This document shows positions 61,023-64,000 of a stretch of 64,000 nt of DNA, piece by piece. Source of the DNA: Spirochaetota bacterium (GTDB lineage Bacteria; Spirochaetota; UBA4802; UBA5550); NCBI GenBank assembly GCA_050298055.1, contig JBNKTL010000028.1:1-64000 (forward strand), in the 5' to 3' direction. The position numbers were made by a program, and so were the translations under genes. The notes under the pieces are model-generated. The model saw nothing but the letters and a program-made list of their open reading frames with translations. It was not told the origin of the DNA and did no database searches. Each line of letters begins with the position of its first letter. Position 1 is the first letter of the stretch.

Positions 61023-61684
61023 TATCTCCTCCTCTTTACCGGGATCCTCACAGCCCGGTCACCTATGGCCGCGAACTCCCGGTCATGGGCTATTGCAAGG
61101 AGCGTTGATTTTGACTTTTTGAAATAATTGATCACTCTCCTTTTTCCGGACGGGTCAAGTGCGGAGGTGACCTCATCCAGGAGATATATCTCTCTTTCAA
61201 GGAGGATGGCTGTTATCACTGCTATCCTCTGTTTCTCGCCGCCGGAGAGTTTCCCCATTTCCTTCCGGAGGATATCCGCGGGGAGATTAAACTTCTTTAA
61301 AAGCGGGAGGATCCTCTCTTCACCGGGACAGCTCTCACTGTTGGCATGGTACCTGTAGGGCCGGAGGATAATATCCGAGACCCTGCCCGGACCGGGGTCA
61401 ATCTCCTGGGGGACATAGCCTATCCGGGTCCTCATACTCCAGACAGAGGATTCGTCAACATTCTTCCCATTGATGAAGAGATCACCTGCATCAGGCCGGA
61501 CAAGGCCCAGAAAACACTTCATGAGTGTGGTCTTTCCTGACCCGGAGATACCTGTAAGGATGACCTTTTCTCCCGCAGCTACAGAAAGTGAAAAGTTTTG
61601 GAAAAGGGGCTTCCCCTCAAAGGAGAGCGAGAGGTTACGGGCTTCAAGGACAGGTTGTAATAGATCTTTTTTTATTTTATTCAC
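61022..61684 (-). CDS. ABC ATP-binding protein (FetA/YbbL-like)
   Basis: GISGSGKTT, LSGGEKQR, LLDEVTSALD. Confidence 0.9.
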   Translation of the reverse strand: MNKIKKDLLQPVLEARNLSLSFEGKPLFQNFSLSVAAGEKVILTGISGSGKTTLMKCFLGLVRPDAGDLFINGKNVDESSVWSMRTRIGYVPQEIDPGPGRVSDIILRPYRYHANSESCPGEERILPLLKKFNLPADILRKEMGKLSGGEKQRIAVITAILLEREIYLLDEVTSALDPSGKRRVINYFKKSKSTLLAIAHDREFAAIGDRAVRIPVKRRR

Positions 61685-61795
61685 GGCAAAACTCCCGGAT
61701 CATCAAGCATTATTTACAATCCGGATTAATCAAATCATTTTTCTCCATATAAAAGTACTGTTTTTTAACATGTTTTACCAATATGGAACTAAGCG

Positions 61796-61904
61796 AAATC
61801 CCCCGCTCTGCGCGCCCCTTTAAATAAAGGGGCTCATCATACCCAGACTTTTTTTAAAGTGATAAGAACACCCCCCTTTACCAAAGGGGGGACAGGGGGG
61901 ATTT
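61796..61904. repeat. REP-like composite palindrome
   Basis: Outer aaatccccc...gggggattt; inner hairpins gcccctttaaataaaggggc and cccccctttaccaaagggggg. Confidence 0.65.
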
Positions 61905-61977
61905 AACCAATAAAAATTCATCATTGACAGAAGCAGGCTTATACTCTATGATAGCAACAATCAGAAGCGGGGAGATC

Positions 61978-62661
61978 GTGAAAAAAGAAGATTTAAAACA
62001 AAACAACGGGAAAGAGGGAAAACCGGCATACCTCTCCTATAAAAACAGGATATACGATGTTACTGAAAGCAGGCGCTGGGTAGAGGGCGTACACATGGCG
62101 CGCCACAGCGCGGGGGAAGACCTCACCGATTTCCTGGCAATGGCGCCCCACGGCGAGGAAGTCCTCTCAAGATTTAAAGAGGTGGACAGGCTCGAAGAGG
62201 ACGACGCGGATAAAGCAGCTGAGAAAAAGATGCTCCTCTCTGCCCTCTACAGAAAATTCCATCCCCATCCCATGTTCATACATTTTCCCATTGCCCTTTT
62301 CCTTTTTTCAATGATGCTGCAGACCCTGTTCCTGGTTACCGGATTAAGGTCTTTTGAGCTGTCAGCATACTACTCCCTTTCATTCGCCACCCTGATGATG
62401 TTTCCGTCAATTCTGTCAGGTTTCTTAAGCTGGTGGATAAATTATGATATGACAGCAACGACAATCTTCAAAAACAAGATTATCTTCTCATTTATCCTGC
62501 TCCTGCTGGGTACGGCGGAAGTCATTGTGAGAAGTCTTTATGCGGATATTTCTCTGGGAGGTAATTATACCTCCCTGCTCTATAATATCCTCCTTTATGT
62601 AAATGTCCCGGTCACGGGATTTATCGCATACAATGGAGGGAAAATTACTTTCCCGTCATAG
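61978..62661 (+). CDS. Cytochrome b5-like heme-binding domain + DUF2231-like membrane domain
   Basis: IYDVTES..W..G.HM.RH.AG.DLT...APHG; HPHPMFIHFPIAL; GG.I. Confidence 0.88.
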   Translation: MKKEDLKQNNGKEGKPAYLSYKNRIYDVTESRRWVEGVHMARHSAGEDLTDFLAMAPHGEEVLSRFKEVDRLEEDDADKAAEKKMLLSALYRKFHPHPMFIHFPIALFLFSMMLQTLFLVTGLRSFELSAYYSLSFATLMMFPSILSGFLSWWINYDMTATTIFKNKIIFSFILLLLGTAEVIVRSLYADISLGGNYTSLLYNILLYVNVPVTGFIAYNGGKITFPS

Positions 62662-62701
62662 GGAAAGATTTGAAGGTATTAGTGGGAGTTGAGGTAGAGA
62701 G

Positions 62702-62941
62702 ATGGATAAACAGGATAAACAGAGAATAAAGGCCCTGGAAGAGATGATCCAGGTGGTTCTTCTTGCTATTCCCCGGGAGATTTCAGCGTACGAATTTTAT
62801 TTAAACGCCGCGGGAAAAGCAACAACCGACTCCTCAAGAGACCTGTTTCACACACTGGCAGACCAGGAAAAGGGACATGAAGCAGAACTGAAAAAAATTC
62901 TCGGTGAACTGAAAACCGAACTGGGAAAGTTAAAGGGATGA
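62702..62941 (+). CDS. Small rubrerythrin/ferritin-like protein
   Basis: AI.RE..AYEFY...LF..LA.QE.GH..L. Confidence 0.8.
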   Translation: MDKQDKQRIKALEEMIQVVLLAIPREISAYEFYLNAAGKATTDSSRDLFHTLADQEKGHEAELKKILGELKTELGKLKG

Positions 62942-63070
62942 GAGATTTTCCTGGAGACCTGGTAATGAGCATTAAATTATTTGACACTATTTTCGCGGTA
63001 AAAATAATGTACCGATATTAGTATATGCAATATACAGATATACTGCAATTTTGAAAAAGGAGAACAGAAC

Positions 63071-63136
63071 ATGGGTGGTCTTATCGGATTACTGGTAATT
63101 GTCATACTGGTTGTAGTCATTATCAAGCTTATATGA
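63071..63136 (+). CDS. 21-aa hydrophobic microprotein
   Basis: AAGGAG RBS; MGGLIGLLVIVILVVVIIKLI*. Confidence 0.65.
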   Translation: MGGLIGLLVIVILVVVIIKLI

Positions 63137-63177
63137 AATCAGCAAAACGAGAGAACTTATAGAAAGGAGAACAAAAA

Positions 63178-63234
63178 ATGGTCTATTTACTTGTTGTTGT
63201 AATCCTGGTTATAGTCATTGTTAAGCTTATATAA
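63178..63234 (+). CDS. 18-aa hydrophobic microprotein (paralog of 63071-63136)
   Basis: AAGGAG RBS; MVYLLVVVILVIVIVKLI*. Confidence 0.65.
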   Translation: MVYLLVVVILVIVIVKLI

Positions 63235-63303
63235 AATCAGCGAAGCTTTATCATTACAGACGAAGCTTTATGAAAAATAAACAGGGATATCATAAACCCT
63301 GTT

Positions 63304-63335
63304 AAGCAGGCTGTTCAAACAGGGGCCTGCTTTTT
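63304..63335 (+). terminator. Intrinsic terminator after the microprotein pair
   Basis: aagcaggc...gcctgctt followed by a T-run. Confidence 0.6.
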
Positions 63336-63420
63336 CTCTATATCCCTTCCTGCCTATTCTCTTGACACCGGTTGAATAATGGGGTAAGATATATCCGAAA
63401 GAGAAGGCAGGACTGACTCA

Positions 63421-64000
63421 ATGGCTTTTGAATTACCGGAATATCATCCCCCCGATTTTCAAGCGGGCACCCCCGCATCCGCACCCCCGGTAAAAACCGA
63501 AGCCGCGCCCCTGGACGGTGTCGCTCCGGACAATTTTCATGCGACCACAAACTACCCCGAATACCTTCACAGGGGAGACGGGAAGTGGGTTCTTGTACAT
63601 GAGAGCAGGATGGATTGTGTCATCGTACTCCGTAACGGTACTCCCGAAGTGGTTGAATCCAGGAGGCTCAGGAAGGGAGACCCCGTGGTTGTGGGAAGAA
63701 GCGAAAACGGCGAAGAAGGGATACTGGTCCATGACAGGGGATTTTCCGGAAGCAGCAGACCCGGCGACAAGTTTTCATTTCACACCAGGCGGACCCGGGA
63801 GACCCCCTTCTCCAGAAGTTATGAACAGCTGTACGATATTCTCCGGTATGACAGGGACAACGGTTTTATTGTGTGGGTCCTGGGTCCCGCCGTGGCCTTT
63901 GACAAGGACAGCCGGCGCTGCATGCAGGGACTGGTAGAAAACGGATACTGCCACGCGGTCATGGCAGGCAATGCCCTGGCAACCCATGACCTGGAAGCAT
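63421..64000 (+). CDS. LOR/SDH conserved-domain (ArgZ C-terminal/ornithine cyclodeaminase-like) protein, runs off window
   Basis: Manual translation MAFELPEYHPPDF...DGVAPDNFHATTNYPEY...SRMDCVIV...GDPVVVG...VLGPAV...AGNALATHDLEA. Confidence 0.85.
   Translation, partial: MAFELPEYHPPDFQAGTPASAPPVKTEAAPLDGVAPDNFHATTNYPEYLHRGDGKWVLVHESRMDCVIVLRNGTPEVVESRRLRKGDPVVVGRSENGEEGILVHDRGFSGSSRPGDKFSFHTRRTRETPFSRSYEQLYDILRYDRDNGFIVWVLGPAVAFDKDSRRCMQGLVENGYCHAVMAGNALATHDLEA

Noticed and set aside
63518..63937. 139-aa plus-strand ORF in the track
   Set aside because: Alternative frame of the real CDS starting at 63421, which runs off the window
1..64000. CRISPR array or cas genes
   Set aside because: No run of equal-length repeats with unique spacers and no recognisable Cas ORF

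Overview
Bacterial chromosomal segment of about 55 genes. The abundant STAS/PP2C/TPR proteins, lipoproteins and an outer-membrane beta-barrel suggest a diderm anaerobe, possibly Spirochaetota; this is an inference and no search was run. Core genes are purF, mobA, gpmI, galT-like, plsB, PPi-type pfk, leuB, fba, glgP, tupABC, natAB-like and fetAB-like ABC transporters, an acetyl-CoA hydrolase-GNAT / ADP-forming acetate-CoA ligase / Pta-N cluster, tRNA-Trp(CCA) and tRNA-Pro(CGG). Accessory patches are interspersed: (i) a repeat-bounded array of toxin-antitoxin and ankyrin units downstream of tRNA-Trp; (ii) a decayed TIR-P-loop-TPR gene beside hipBA; (iii) a nonsense-mutated vapC; (iv) a TPR protein plus an SNase-fold nuclease lacking a signal peptide. 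The strongest unexplained signal is a family of about 120-165 bp intergenic palindromic elements (consensus ends GTAACTACTCAGCTATATG...CATAGCTGARTAGTTAC) with interchangeable central hairpins, seen at five loci plus solo ends. Other candidates are two tandem 18-21 aa hydrophobic microproteins, a stand-alone MshEN protein before glgP and a YfbK-like protein lacking its VWA core. No CRISPR array, rRNA, integrase or transposase was recognised.
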